From NCBI RefSeq assembly GCF_048593235.1, contig NC_133620.1:470382027-470428864 (forward strand): 46,838 bases of DNA. Direction: 5' to 3'. The first letter of the stretch is position 1; every line of letters starts with the position of its first letter. Shown here piece by piece: positions 21,850 to 33,959 of the stretch. The position numbers and the translations under genes were made by a program. The notes below the pieces were generated by a model that ran no database searches, was not told the DNA's origin, and saw only the letters and a program-made list of their open reading frames with translations. Source of the stretch: Sminthopsis crassicaudata. Taxonomy: Eukaryota.

Positions 21850-22800
21850 ACCCAATGCCCCCTGAAGGGCTGGGAGTGCGGGATCTGCTCTTCTCGGTCC
21901 TGATCCCACTACAGGTAACCCCCAAAACGCACGTGGAATCCCAGGGCCACTGCGTGGGGGTTCGGGGCACTGAACTATTCAATTATTTGCAACATAAGGG
22001 CCACAGAAAGCGATCATTACGGAAGAGAGATCTAAGGGATCAGAGAACGGAGTTAGGACCCGGTGAAATCCCCGCAAAGAATGGAATCTCCTCCAGCTTT
22101 CTTCTAGTGCGCAAACTCAACACTTTCCAAAGGAAAGCCGCAATGCCTTGTGGGAGATGAAGTCTAGGTTATAACCACTGTGAAGTGCGCGCAGGAAACC
22201 TTCGGCTTCCGCACTCTACTTCCCAGAAGGCTGTGGGGATGGCTGGTTTGCCGTACTATAGGCTGTCAATATTCCCGCCGAGTGAAATGCATCATGGGGA
22301 TATTTTTTTTCTGCCACTCTGAATGCCCCTCTGATCGCTGACCTGGAGAGGTTAAAGCAGTAAGAGCGCCAGCATCGTGCGCGCTTCGCTCCTCGTTCCC
22401 TGCTGTTCGCTCCCTCAGAGCCACCAAGATGAGCGGGAGAGCACAGCTGGACTGAGTACGTGCGGCACCGGCCCTTCCGGCCCGTCACCCTCCCTGCCCT
22501 TAGGTATGCGCTTCCTGCTGTAGCGGGGAGTGAGAGCGGGGCATCGTGCACATGCTTCCTCAATTCCGCCCCCACCATCTTTGCCGCCCGGCTTTCTGTG
22601 TCGAGCGCATGCGTCACCTCGGCTCCTGCTGTGGGAGCCTGGGTCCGATTAAGGGTAGGAGGACGTCAACTGTGATATTGCGCACGCGCGGCTCCAGTTT
22701 TTGCTGAGGTGCTGTCAAAAAGAGGGCGGGATGACAGTCGTCATGACACTGCGCATGCGTAAGACGTCAATTGCTTCCCTATTACTGGGATGACTTCTAT
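21850..22800 (+). promoter_or_regulatory. ZNF-B promoter and first-exon module (ZNF143-like, NRF1, CRE-like motifs)
   Basis: actctacttcccagaagg at 22213-22230; TGCGCATGCG near 22750; GACGTCA motifs; colinear with 20460-20830 (inverted) and 42080-42650. Confidence 0.72.
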
Positions 22801-23189
22801 CACTTTGGATGTGATTAAAACGAGCTCGTTATAAAGGTTGTCTCTTAAAATAAAGTTCACATGTTAATTCCAAAGACCCTAAGGCGGGCTAGGGTTTGTT
22901 CTGTTTAGTCCGATAAAAATGATGTCCTTTGTAATGAAGTTATTCATTAAATCGTGACCATCCAAACTTCCCTAGGACAAACACCCTGAAGGAAAAGGGT
23001 ATATGTGTAAGTGTGTGAATGTGTGTGTGTAAGTTTGTGGGCGCGCGCGTGTGTGTGTGTGAACATTTGTCAGTGCACGTGTATGTCAGTGCATGTATGT
23101 TAGTGTGTCCGTGTATATGGGAGTGTGTGCGATTATAAATGTGTATATGTGTGTGTATAAATGTGAGTGGGTGTGAGTGAGTGTGTGTG

Positions 23190-23658
23190 AATGGGATGAA
23201 GTGCGAGAATTGGGGGTAAGAGACCCCTCTGGTCCATGTCGAAGGTCCCTTGGGAAAGAGTTGGCAAATCCAAGTCTGTGGGGCAAAAGGGGATTGCGTT
23301 TAACTAAGAACCAGCTTTGTTAGCGGGCAAGGTCCTGTCAGGAGTGTTGCAAAGATGGATTTGCACTGAGGAGAAAATATCTTCACCAGTGGGAAAAACC
23401 CTGTTAGGACTTGTGCTAAGAGTTCTGGGCAGAAAGTGCTAGATACATTGGGGCTGCTTTGATCTTTGGCCCCGAGCCGGGGCCTGTCACCCAATGAATC
23501 TGGGAGACCGATTTTCAATTCAATTCAAAATTGAGTGAGATCTGGGTGTGGCCCCTTCTAGAGGAGGGTTTGAGACCCCAAATCACCCTCCTCCCATCAT
23601 TAAAGGGGACACAGGTTCAGGGCCCCTCAAAGGTTAAAAGGGGACACAGTTTCCATCA
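23190..23658 (-). mobile_element. Solo LTR in ZNF-B intron 1, related to the LTR at 40575
   Basis: Minus strand starts TGATGGAAA and shares tctcaaaccc..ctct..aggggcc with the 40575 LTR; flanked by TG-rich tracts. Confidence 0.55.
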
Positions 23659-23819
23659 AATGTATGTATATATTTGTGAGTGTGTGTATGTGTGAGTGAA
23701 TTGTGAGTGTGTTCCTGTGAGTGTTTGTGTATGTGTGTGAGTGTGGGACTGGGAATATGTGTGTGTCTGTGTGCATATGTACAGGTGTCCTCTGCCAGAC
23801 TCCCTTCCCAGGTGGGAAA

Positions 23820-24055
23820 GCCCCTGGGGCGGGGCTAGGGCAGGGGAGGTCCCTGGGGCGGGGCTAGGGCAGGGGAGGTCCCTGGGGCGGGGTTAGGGCA
23901 GGGGAGGTCCCTGGGGCGGGGCTAGGGCAGGGGGGCCCCTGGGGCGGGGCTAGGGCAGGGCAGGCCCCTGGGGCGGGGCTAGGGCAGGGCAGGCCCCTGG
24001 GGCGGGGCTAGGGCAGGGGAGGTCTCTGGGGCGGGGCTAGGGCAGGGCAGACCTA
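23820..24055. repeat. 29-bp GC-rich minisatellite, about 8 copies, reverse complement of the ZNF-A repeat
   Basis: cccctggggcggggctagggcaggggagg, period 29. Confidence 0.95.
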
Positions 24056-24225
24056 AGGACCTTCTTCATCAGCCCCGCCCTCTGTGAGAGGCTCCAGCAC
24101 TCTTGAACTCCCAGAGGTGCTGGGGGGGGGGCCACTTGTCCAGGAGCCCCAGCAGAGCGAGTCTGGGCCCCTCACAGCTTCTTTCTCCTCCAGCTCAGCC
24201 CTGCAAAGACCCTGCTCTTCCCAGG

Positions 24226-24276
24226 ATGGAGGCCGAGCAGGGCCCGACTCCTGGCTTCCTCATGGCCCCCTTTCAG
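24226..24276 (+). CDS. ZNF-B start exon (MEAEQGPTPGFLMAPFQ)
   Basis: cccag|G ATG ... CAG|gtgagt. Confidence 0.85.
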
Positions 24277-24384
24277 GTGAGTCCCAGCTCCTCCCGCCCC
24301 TTTTCTCCTCTGGCTCGGGTCAGCGGGGCCACAAAGGCCGCGGGAGGCTGGCCCTGGCCCTGGGGCCTCCCTCCTGGTCAGTAA

Positions 24385-24960
<576 letters not shown>

Positions 24961-25569
24961 TGAAGGGGTGACTCCTTCATCATACATACAACACTTTCTG
25001 ACTCCTGTCTGCGGCTTTGTGCACCTAGAATTGCCGCCCCCCCCCCCCATGGAGAGCCCAGTGGTCCCCCAGCCGGTTTTAGCAGGGAAGGAAGCCACAA
25101 GACACTGAGGGAGCTGAGAAGTCCAGGGGTGAGGGAGAGCCCCTGAAAGGGCCGTCTCTGATGGGCAGATGGGGCGGCTTGTTCTGGGAAGCACACGAGT
25201 CCAGGTGGAAGCCACAGTCTGAGCACAGTCAGGGCTTCTGGGCCTCCTCCTTGAGGGCAGCACTGTTGTGGTTGTCTCAGTCTTGACAACTTTTGAGTCT
25301 TCTGTGAAGGATCTGGGAGTGATCTGAGCAGGAGAGTCCCAGTGGGGAAGGAAATGCTCTTGCCTGGATTGAAGATGCCCTTGGATGAAGAGCTTGGCTC
25401 CCAGTGAGCGTGTCTGGGACAGACAGCACAGGTGGAGGGAAAGTGGACCCAGGGTCGGGGCCCTGCTGCAGGGGGAGACAGAGCTGGCAGCTTCAGAGCC
25501 CTCTGGGCATCCTCCCCCCCTGCTTGTCCCTGAGTAATTAAGTTCCGGATGTTCTGTCCCTGTGTGCAG

Positions 25570-25665
25570 GGATTCCTGTTTCCAGACTGGATGTGATCTC
25601 TCTGTTGGAGAAGCCAGAAGGAGCCTGGAGTCCCGAGAGCAGAGACTGCAGTGGGTCTCATCAAG
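25570..25665 (+). CDS. ZNF-B KRAB-B exon (GIPVSRLDVISLLEKPEGAWSPESRDCSGSHQ)
   Basis: Canonical 96-nt phase1/phase1 exon, gtgtgcag| to CAAG|gtgggt; DVISLLE motif. Confidence 0.9.
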
Positions 25666-27249
25666 GTGGGTGAAGAGCAGGCAGATGCTGGGAGGCGGGC
25701 CCTTTGCCTTGTTCTCTGTCCTGTCCAGTATGGCGGTGCCGCCCCTGGATCTGATGCAGGAGAGCTTGACTACTTCTGTTTGCATTGTGGTAGCTCACTG
25801 GTCATAGCTCTCCTGTATTTGGTTTTATACTTTTGTGCATTTGATATTCTACTTCAGAGAAACTGCCTTTTTTTGAAATTTGAAAAGGCAAAAAAAAATT
25901 TCCTAATGCTTCTTGCTAATTTGTGTTTCTTTTTAAATTTCTTTTTCTTTCTTTTTATCTTTTTCTATTAATTTGGCCATTTACATTAATAATTTTGCTA
26001 AATTTTTGAACTTTCATTCATAGTATAAATTCCATTTAGTCATCATATAGACTCTTTTTCAATATGTTGCTATAATTTCTTTCCTAATTTTTAACATTTT
26101 TGCGTCAGTATTCAATAGGGACGTTAGTCCATAATGTGCTCTTTTTGTCTGCTTGGTTGTCAAAAGCATATTTCAATCATAGAACTGTATTCTCTCATTA
26201 TAGAATGGAACCAGTTACTCTTTGAATGTTTCAGAGAGCTCTCTTGTAGATTTATCTGACCCAAGTTTTTTCTTTGGAAGTCCAGTTATGATTTCAGAGT
26301 GACTTTATTGTCTAGATACACCGTCACATTTTTTTCTTTACTTTTGTTGAGCTTCCTAATATTGTGGCATTTTTTATATCATGTGTAACTCCCCTTATGA
26401 CACTTGAAGACCTTAAGGGTCTCCACAGATTTTGGACTCTTCTCCGTCTAGTAGAAGAAAACCATTTCATTTATCATCTAGTCCCTTCCTTTAGGCCAAA
26501 TGTAGTTACCATTCTAGATTTCCCTTGTCTCTTGTGATTGCATTTCATAATATTAATTCCATTTTGATCTTTTTATCAGGAATACTGAAAAATCCTCTAT
26601 TTCATTAAAGATCTATTTTTCCATTTTATTGAATTTTGCAATCTAAGAGTTTATTCTTAGTTGTAAGCCAACACCAAACTTTCCTCCTCATTATAGTGGT
26701 AGCTGCTACTTGTGTGGTACTGAGCTCTCACTTTGGGCTGCTTAATGGTATTTTTTCTTTGACAAAGCTCTGGATTGTGGGCAGGATGTTCTTTGGTGTT
26801 TGCATTTGCAGTTTATTTCAGGCAGGGATGATTGTATTTTTTTTTTTTTTACCTTGCTTTCTGGGCCAGTTATCATTTGTAATTTCTTAAAATAGAACAT
26901 TCATCTTCTGTTTTGTTGGGGGTTTTTTGTCACTGCTTTTAGGTAACTTCAAACTATTAAAGCTTAAAACTGCACTGAGTAGTTTGGTAAGCTTTATATT
27001 TGATATTTATTGCCTTTTATGCTTACTTATTTTCAGTGTGATTTTCCTCCTAATTTCTTCCTAATTAAAAAAATTTTAATAGAAAATAGAAAAAATAGAA
27101 AAATAGTTAAGATAAATGTCTCACTTGAGATCTGTCAGAGAATCTTCAATGTTAATAGTTGAATAAACCTTAATGGACTTATCTAACCTATACCCAATGG
27201 CTGACAAATGACCTTGTAATTTGTTCTCTGAGGGCTCCAGTGAAATGAA

Positions 27250-28015
27250 AATCACTGCTCCCAGAGGAAGCTCATTCTCATTATTCAGAAACTTCCCCTT
27301 CCATCAGGCCTAAGTTTTTCCCTTTGCAATTTGTACCCATTGAGGCTCATTCTTCCCTTTTGACCATTTTCCCATAATTCTTTGAGAGGCAGCATGATGA
27401 ATAGAGAATTGTATTTCCAGCCTCTAAGTCATATTTAACCTCTCTGGGCACCAGGTGTCTCAGGGTCAGTGGAGGAAATTCCTCACCAGGAAATCCATCT
27501 GGAAATTAAGTCTAGGTCTAGCACGTAAAAGATTTTTCCCAGCTAAAGGCTATTTCTTTTTTTAATGGCATCGGAGGCTGTCTGCCATGCTGGAATGATG
27601 CATTCAGTCCATTTTATTCTCTTATGAGGAAGTTCATTGAGTTTTGTCTTCTGCATGCTAGGCCTTCCTAAGGATATTTTCCAAGTATCCAGATATGCAT
27701 CTATATCCTTTCCTTTATTTATATTGAACTTCCTAAAATCCTGGCATCTTTTAAAGATGACCTGTTTTCTAGCCCTATAACACCCTCCCATCTCCCCAAT
27801 TTTGTATCTCATAAATGAGTTTCTGTACGAAAATGTAGGACTTTGTAATTATCTCCTACATTTCTTATAAATTTCAATGTATTGATTTAGTCTGTTGAGA
27901 TCTCTTTGAATCCTAATTCTCATAAATATTGTTAGCAACTTATCCGAAGTTTGTTATTTCCCTATTTCACTAAATTATCTTATGTGCCTTTATTCAAGTC
28001 ACTTATTAAAATAGG
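27250..28015 (-). mobile_element. CR1/L3 LINE fragments with an interspersed MIR
   Basis: Minus strand near 27880-28015 gives remnants resembling the CR1 RT segment ending IQRDLNRL. Confidence 0.55.
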
Positions 28016-28949
28016 TTGAATTTTAAAGAAAAATCTTTCCTTATTGTTTTGTATGGCTATATATATTTGCAAAAATATCTGATTTTTTTTGTCTTCTGAA
28101 GGGATAGGAAACAGGGTGAGAAAATTCAGAGCTGAAAATAAAATGAAATTTTTAAAAATGAAAATTTAAAAATGTAATTCCCTATTTCATTGAGGAAAAA
28201 AAGTTAATCTCTTAACATTTAGTCCTTTTTTAGTCCTTTTTTCTTTTCATAGAAAGTCAGGTTGCTCTTATTTGGTATGCCATGCCTTTCTTCTTGGTTA
28301 TCTTTTAAAACTATAAGTTAATTGTTATAGATTGACATTTATGGATCTTTGTGAATTTGTCATTTTAATTTGGGAGTATATAAATTTTGTGTTTAAATAT
28401 CTTTTTTTCTTCAAGATTTTTGGTAACTTAAAATATTTATACACATATATACAAATATGTACATTTTCCTGAATTGTATTAGTTCAATTCTTTTTATTTT
28501 CCAATTTGGGAAAAGCTTAGTAATTCTTAAGATTTCTCCAATTGCTTATTGTCGTCTAAATCGGTCACTTTTCCCTATATAGATTCTAAGTTGCATATAT
28601 TTTCACTTGAGTGATTTTTCTCTGCTAATTTCCCCTCTCTTGTGTGGCTCCCTACTCTTTAAGATTTCAAAAAATAATTTAGCTTTCCATCAAACGTTGT
28701 TTTTATTGACATCTATAATTATTTGAATGCACTGAAATGCACTTAGTCCTAGGCAACAAAGGGCTCTTTTGCTTTCCCTTTATCTCTCGTTGGCTTCAGT
28801 TCATACAAACAGTGCTTTTTCTGCTTGGTTCAAAGTGAGTATAATTGTCTTTATGGCCAGGGACATAAACTAGAACTTGCTCTAAAGAAAGTTCCTTGCT
28901 CTCAGTACAGAATCAGTGACTAGTAATATTTTTAAATTTTTTTCCTTAG

Positions 28950-30922
28950 ATTCCTTTAGCAATGAAATCAAATTTAAAACAAGGAGCTCAGATCTGATGC
29001 AGAACATTTCTGTAGAAGCATCATCCAGGAATATACAATTGAAGGGCACAGCCTGGCACCGCAAGATGGAGAAATTTGAGGAACATGATATTGACTTAGG
29101 AAAACCTAAGGGCAACTTGGAGAGAAGATCCAGACAAATAACAGTCACTCCCAGAACAATGTTTAATAAAGAAAGTGGAGCTCAGAGTAATCTATTTGGG
29201 AGAAGATTTAGCTTTGGACCTGTCCTTGTTTCACTATGGAGAGAAATAATGAGGAATCGTCTCTATGGAAAGGATGTCAAAGATTTTCCTGCCCTAATTA
29301 ATGGTAATACATTCTCCTTAGGGAAGGAGTTTTCTATGTATATCAAATGCAAGCCACCCTTTAGGTACCACTCAGATCTAATTAAATATCATAGAATACA
29401 TGCTGGAGAGAAACAACATAAGTACAAGATAGGTGGTAAAGATATTGGCAGAAGGCCAAATCTTACTGACTGTCAAAATAGAGACAAAAATGAGTATAAG
29501 CAAGATGAGAAAGCCTTCACCTATAAGAAAAGCTTGACTAATCCTAAAGAAATTCATATTCAAGAGAAATCTTTTAAATTTAATGAATTTGGAAAAGTCT
29601 TCAGTGAGAAGGAACATATTGCTCATCAAGGAATTCAGACTAAAGAGAAACCCTTTGAATGTAACAAATGTGGGAAATCCTTCCGCGAGAAGGGAAGCTT
29701 TAATAAACATCAGAGAATTCATACTGGAGAGAAGCCATTTGAATGTAATGAATGTGGAAAGGCCTTCAGTGAGAGGGGAAACCTCAATGTGCATCAGAGA
29801 ATTCATACTGGAGAGAAACCTTTTGAATGTAATGAATGTGGGAAAGCTTTTAGACAAAAGGAAAACCTTATTCACCATCAGAGGATTCATACTGGAGAGA
29901 AACCTTTTGAATGTAAAGAATGCAGGAAAGCCTTCAGTGTGAGGGGAAGCCTCAATAGACATCAAAGAATTCATACTGGAGAGAAACCATTTATATGTAA
30001 TGAATGTGGGAGAGCCTTCAATGAGAGGGGAAACTTTGTTAAACATCAGAGAACTCACACTGGAGAAAAACCCTTTCCATGTAATGAATGTGGAGAAGCT
30101 TTCAGGACAAGGGGAAGACTCAATAGACATCAAAGAATTCATACTCAAGAGAAACTCTCTGCATGTAATGAATATGGGGAAGCCTCTAGTGGGAAGGGAG
30201 ATTTCCCTAAACAAAGAACTCATACTAGAGAAAAACTCTTTCCGTGTAATGAATGTGGGGAAGCTTTTAGCACAAGGGGAAGCCTCAATAGACATCAAAG
30301 AATTCATACTGGAGAGAAACCCTTTACATGTAATGAATGTGGGAAAGCCTTCAGTGGGAGGGGATACTTTATTGAACATCAAATTACTCATACTGGAGAA
30401 AAACCCTTTCCATGTAAAGAATGTGGAAAAGCTTTCAGTAAGCAGGGAAACCTCAATAGACATCAAAGAGTTCATACAGGAGAGAAACCCTTTTCATGTA
30501 ATGATTGTGGAAAAGCCTTTAGCCAAAAGGTCAAGCTTATTACCCATCAGAGTATTCATACTGGAGAGAAACCATTTGAATGTAATGACTGTGGAAAAAC
30601 TTTTAGCAGGAAGGACTCGCTCATCAGTCATCAGAGGACTCACATTGGAGATAAACCATTTGAATGTAATGAATGTGGGAAAACTTTTAGCAAAATAGGA
30701 AAGCTGCATATCCATCAGAGAACACATTCTGGGGAGAAACCTTTTGTGTGCAGTGAATGTGGAAAAACCTTTGGCCAGAATGCATACCTTATTTATCATC
30801 AGAGAACTCATACTGGAGAGAGACCCTTTGCTTGTAATGATTGTGGAAAAGCTTTCAGTTGGAGAACAAGCCTTATTATTCATCAGAGGACTCATACTGG
30901 AGAAAACCCTTATAATGTATGA
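28950..30922 (+). CDS. ZNF-B finger exon: spacer, 4 degenerate N-terminal fingers, then 15 repeats (14 intact C2H2, the 7th degenerate)
   Basis: ORF track 28916-30922. Phase-1 acceptor tttttccttag|AT TCC at 28950, the same DSF start as ZNF-A. Confidence 0.95.
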
Positions 30923-31122
30923 ATGTGGGAAAAGTCTTCAGCAATTATATTAAAAAAAACCATCAGAGATTTCAAAGTTATACTAGAGAAGAGATTTTTG
31001 TAGTGAATATAGAAAACCTGCTGGAAGGCAAGTCTTACTACACATAGGAAACTCATACAGGAAAGAAATCATTTGATTATAATTGGAAAAGGCTTCATCA
31101 AAACATCATGCTAGAGAGAATG

Positions 31123-31979
31123 AAATACAATAAATCAAGCATTAAGTGCTGGTAATGTGCTAAGCTTGGGGATACAAAGGTAAAAGAGAAATAGTTCCTT
31201 CCCTCAAATAATTTACATTCTAATGAGATAGACAAACTCATGTATAAAATAGAAGTCAGTTTAGAGAGGGTCCTAATGGCTGGGAGATCAAGAATCCATG
31301 TATAAAACTGCATTTAAACTGATACTTGAAGGAAACAGGAATTCTAGGGGTGAAGGGAATGACTTTCAGATATGGAGAAGAACCATCTCGAAGCCAAAGA
31401 CAAGAAATAGAATAGCTCAATGTGACGGCCTTGCAAAGTTTGAGAAGGCAACTTTGCAGATTTATCTGAATACAAATGACATTTGAATCAAGGAGCACTT
31501 TTGAGATCACTAAATAATATAATGTAGAGCAAAAAGAGAGTTTTAGGTACACAATGGTCATGACAGGAAAAATCATCAGCAAGAGAGACTGAGGAGAAGC
31601 ATTGTCCACGAGAGAAGAGAACCAGTGTTATAGTGTATTCAAGAGAAGTTTGGTAGTAGTATCAAATGCTAAAAAAAGATCAAAGAAGATAAACAGGACA
31701 TTGATCTTTCCAATTAAGCAAGCACTGGCAACTTTGGAGAGAGCACTTTCAACTGAGTAATGAAGTCAGAAAGCTTTTTACAGAAGATTGAGAAGAAAGG
31801 GAGAGAAGAGCACATGAAGCCTCTGAGAACGGAGAGCTTTTTCCAAGTTGTTTTGCCAAGAATGAAAAGAACTCTGTGAGAACAGCAGAGGTGCCAATAT
31901 CTTGGGGAAGGTAATGGTGCTTAGTGGGACTTGGCTATGTGTGTAGGCAAAAGGAAGGAACTAGTAGATAAGGAAAATA
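31123..31979 (-). mobile_element. L2 LINE inserted into the decayed finger tail of ZNF-B
   Basis: L2 3' signature (gtgctaagcttggggatacaaagg...ttccttccctcaa...tttacattctaatg); candidate 8-bp TSD agagaatg at 31115-31122 and 31980-31987. Confidence 0.7.
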
Positions 31980-32519
31980 AGAGAATGTGGGAAAGTCGTC
32001 AGTGATTGGAGAAAGCTTATTAGAGAACTGATACTGGAGAAAAACTCCTTTGAATAATGCATTAAAACAGGTTATATTAAAATCAATTAATAATCAATTT
32101 GATTATGGGATGATGAAACAAATTATGATATGGATATAATGTAATATCCTATGTGGTAAGAAAGAATACAAAGAATTTAAATATACAAAATATGAAAAAA
32201 GAAGAAATAAGAACAAATTTACATAATAGCTACAGGAACATAAATAGAAACAACAACAAAACAACCCAGTGCTGTATAATTATAATGACCAAGTTAATCC
32301 CAAGAGAATCCCCCTAGCAGGAAAGGAGGAGAATGGATGGTTAAACACATTGCATGGCTCTGGCCCTCTTCCTGCCATGTTTCTTTGTTCCATCTTCACA
32401 CTTTCCATTTTAGGGTCAGGAAATACAAGTCCATCAGTAGCCCTATGGTATTCTGTATCATTTTTTAGAACAAATCTTGCTTCCATAGCCGCCATTCTTC
32501 ATATGCATATTTGCATATT

Positions 32520-32620
32520 AGAATGAAAGCTCCTTAAGGAAGGTATGGTATTGCTTTTTGTATTTTTACCCTAAATGCTTAACACAGTGCCCAGAAAATA
32601 AGAAGCATTTAATAAATGGG
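32520..32620 (+). mobile_element. L2 3' tail
   Basis: ttagaatgaaagctccttaagg...gcttaacacagtgccc...ttaataaatg. Confidence 0.7.
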
Positions 32621-33589
32621 TTTTTCCTTCATTTGTTGCATATGTTATACAGCTTGCTAGATGTGGTGATGGACTAGAAGTGCAGAACGAGACGTTCTTT
32701 TTCAGTTGTTGATGAGTATTAAATGATGAGTAGTAAATTGAGGAGTAAATGATGAGTAAATTGTGGTCTAAACAGAGATGGTTCTGTTCCTTTTCTCTCT
32801 CTCCTTCCTTCCCCAAAGTAACCAATGGCGGGTTCGGCAGCAAAGGAATTTGCTACTTAATGCTGTATGGAAACATAGTCTTTATTGATTAGAATGGAAA
32901 CACCGGAGAGCCGGTGGGCAAAATGGCTGCATGGTACAAGGCCATTTGCAAAGAGAAGATTCCCGTTCTCTCTTTTTATGCAGTGATGTAGGGAGGTTCC
33001 TGAGAGTGATGTAAATTAAGATAAGGATTCTCTTGTTATCTTTTGGGGACAGACAGAAGTCTCTTCCCAAAAGGAATTTCTTGATGCCATTTGGTCTATC
33101 TGAGCAGATTAGAATGGGGGCTGCAAAACCCCAGCCAGCTCAGATAGCCCAAACTAGTTTGACCACATCTTGTATCAAAGGTCCAAGTCCCAAAAGAAGT
33201 TGGAGATCAAACAAAGAATACCAAAGGGCTACCGCCCTCAACATTGTGACATTGTGGAATTCGTCTATTGGTTTTGCCGAGTTAAGTTTTCATGCCCAAA
33301 AACATAAGTAATGCCAAGAAAGAGCAAAAGAACATTGAAAAGGGGATAGAGACATACATCAATGATAATGCTATCGAGTTAAATTAAATGTATGCACTTT
33401 ATTGAAAAAAAATGTACATAATAAAGATTCTCTGTTTTATATATGATCCGCTTTGTATGTGGGTTTTTTGTTTTGTTTTTGTTTTGTTTTGTTTTTTGGT
33501 ATGTCATGTTTATTGTTGTTTATTGACATGTTGGTATGTCATGTTTATTAAGTTCATAATAAAATAATTGAGGGTAGCTAGGTGGTGTG

Positions 33590-33934
33590 TAGGATGCAAA
33601 AGACCCCTACCCAAAATGACTATTCAGAGTTCACTCAAAGTAAAAAGCAGAAAAGATTGTTTATTATAGCAACCCACGAGTAGCGGGGCAGTTCTCCTTT
33701 GAGATAAAGAGACTAACAGCAGGAGGGCCCAAGACTCAGTGAATACACACCAATTTTATAGAGTTTTTGTTATAAGCGATTACACCACAAATTAGAAAGC
33801 ATTAAGAATCGTGGGGCCTCCTAATTGGATATAGCTGCCAAAAAAGAAAAAAAAGGTGGGAATGGAATGTTTCCGTTTCCCTGAAATTATCTGCTTTTTA
33901 GGAGACCACAAACCAGCAGATAACTGAGCTGACA
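33590..33934 (-). mobile_element. Probable solo LTR with 5-bp TSD
   Basis: TSD gtgtg at 33585-33589 and 33935-33939; minus-strand AATAAA near 33660; inserted just after a SINE head (gggtagctaggtgg). Confidence 0.55.
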
Positions 33935-33959
33935 GTGTGTAAACTAAGAAGTCTTATTA

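Noticed and set aside
28916-28949. ORF-track starts of the finger exons (also 16969-16999) as true N-termini
   Set aside because: They are intronic extensions through polypyrimidine tracts; clear phase-1 acceptors fit splicing from KRAB exons.
29378-30475. 365-aa ORF antisense to the ZNF-B fingers
   Set aside because: Same shadow-ORF effect.
32280-32495. 71-aa ORF (MAAMEARFVLKNDTEYHRATDG...) as a retrogene fragment
   Set aside because: No family recognised, and no poly(A) tail or TSD seen.
32705-32765. Repeated TGATGAG motifs as C/D-box snoRNA C boxes
   Set aside because: No matching D box with a terminal stem; it looks like a short degenerate tandem repeat.
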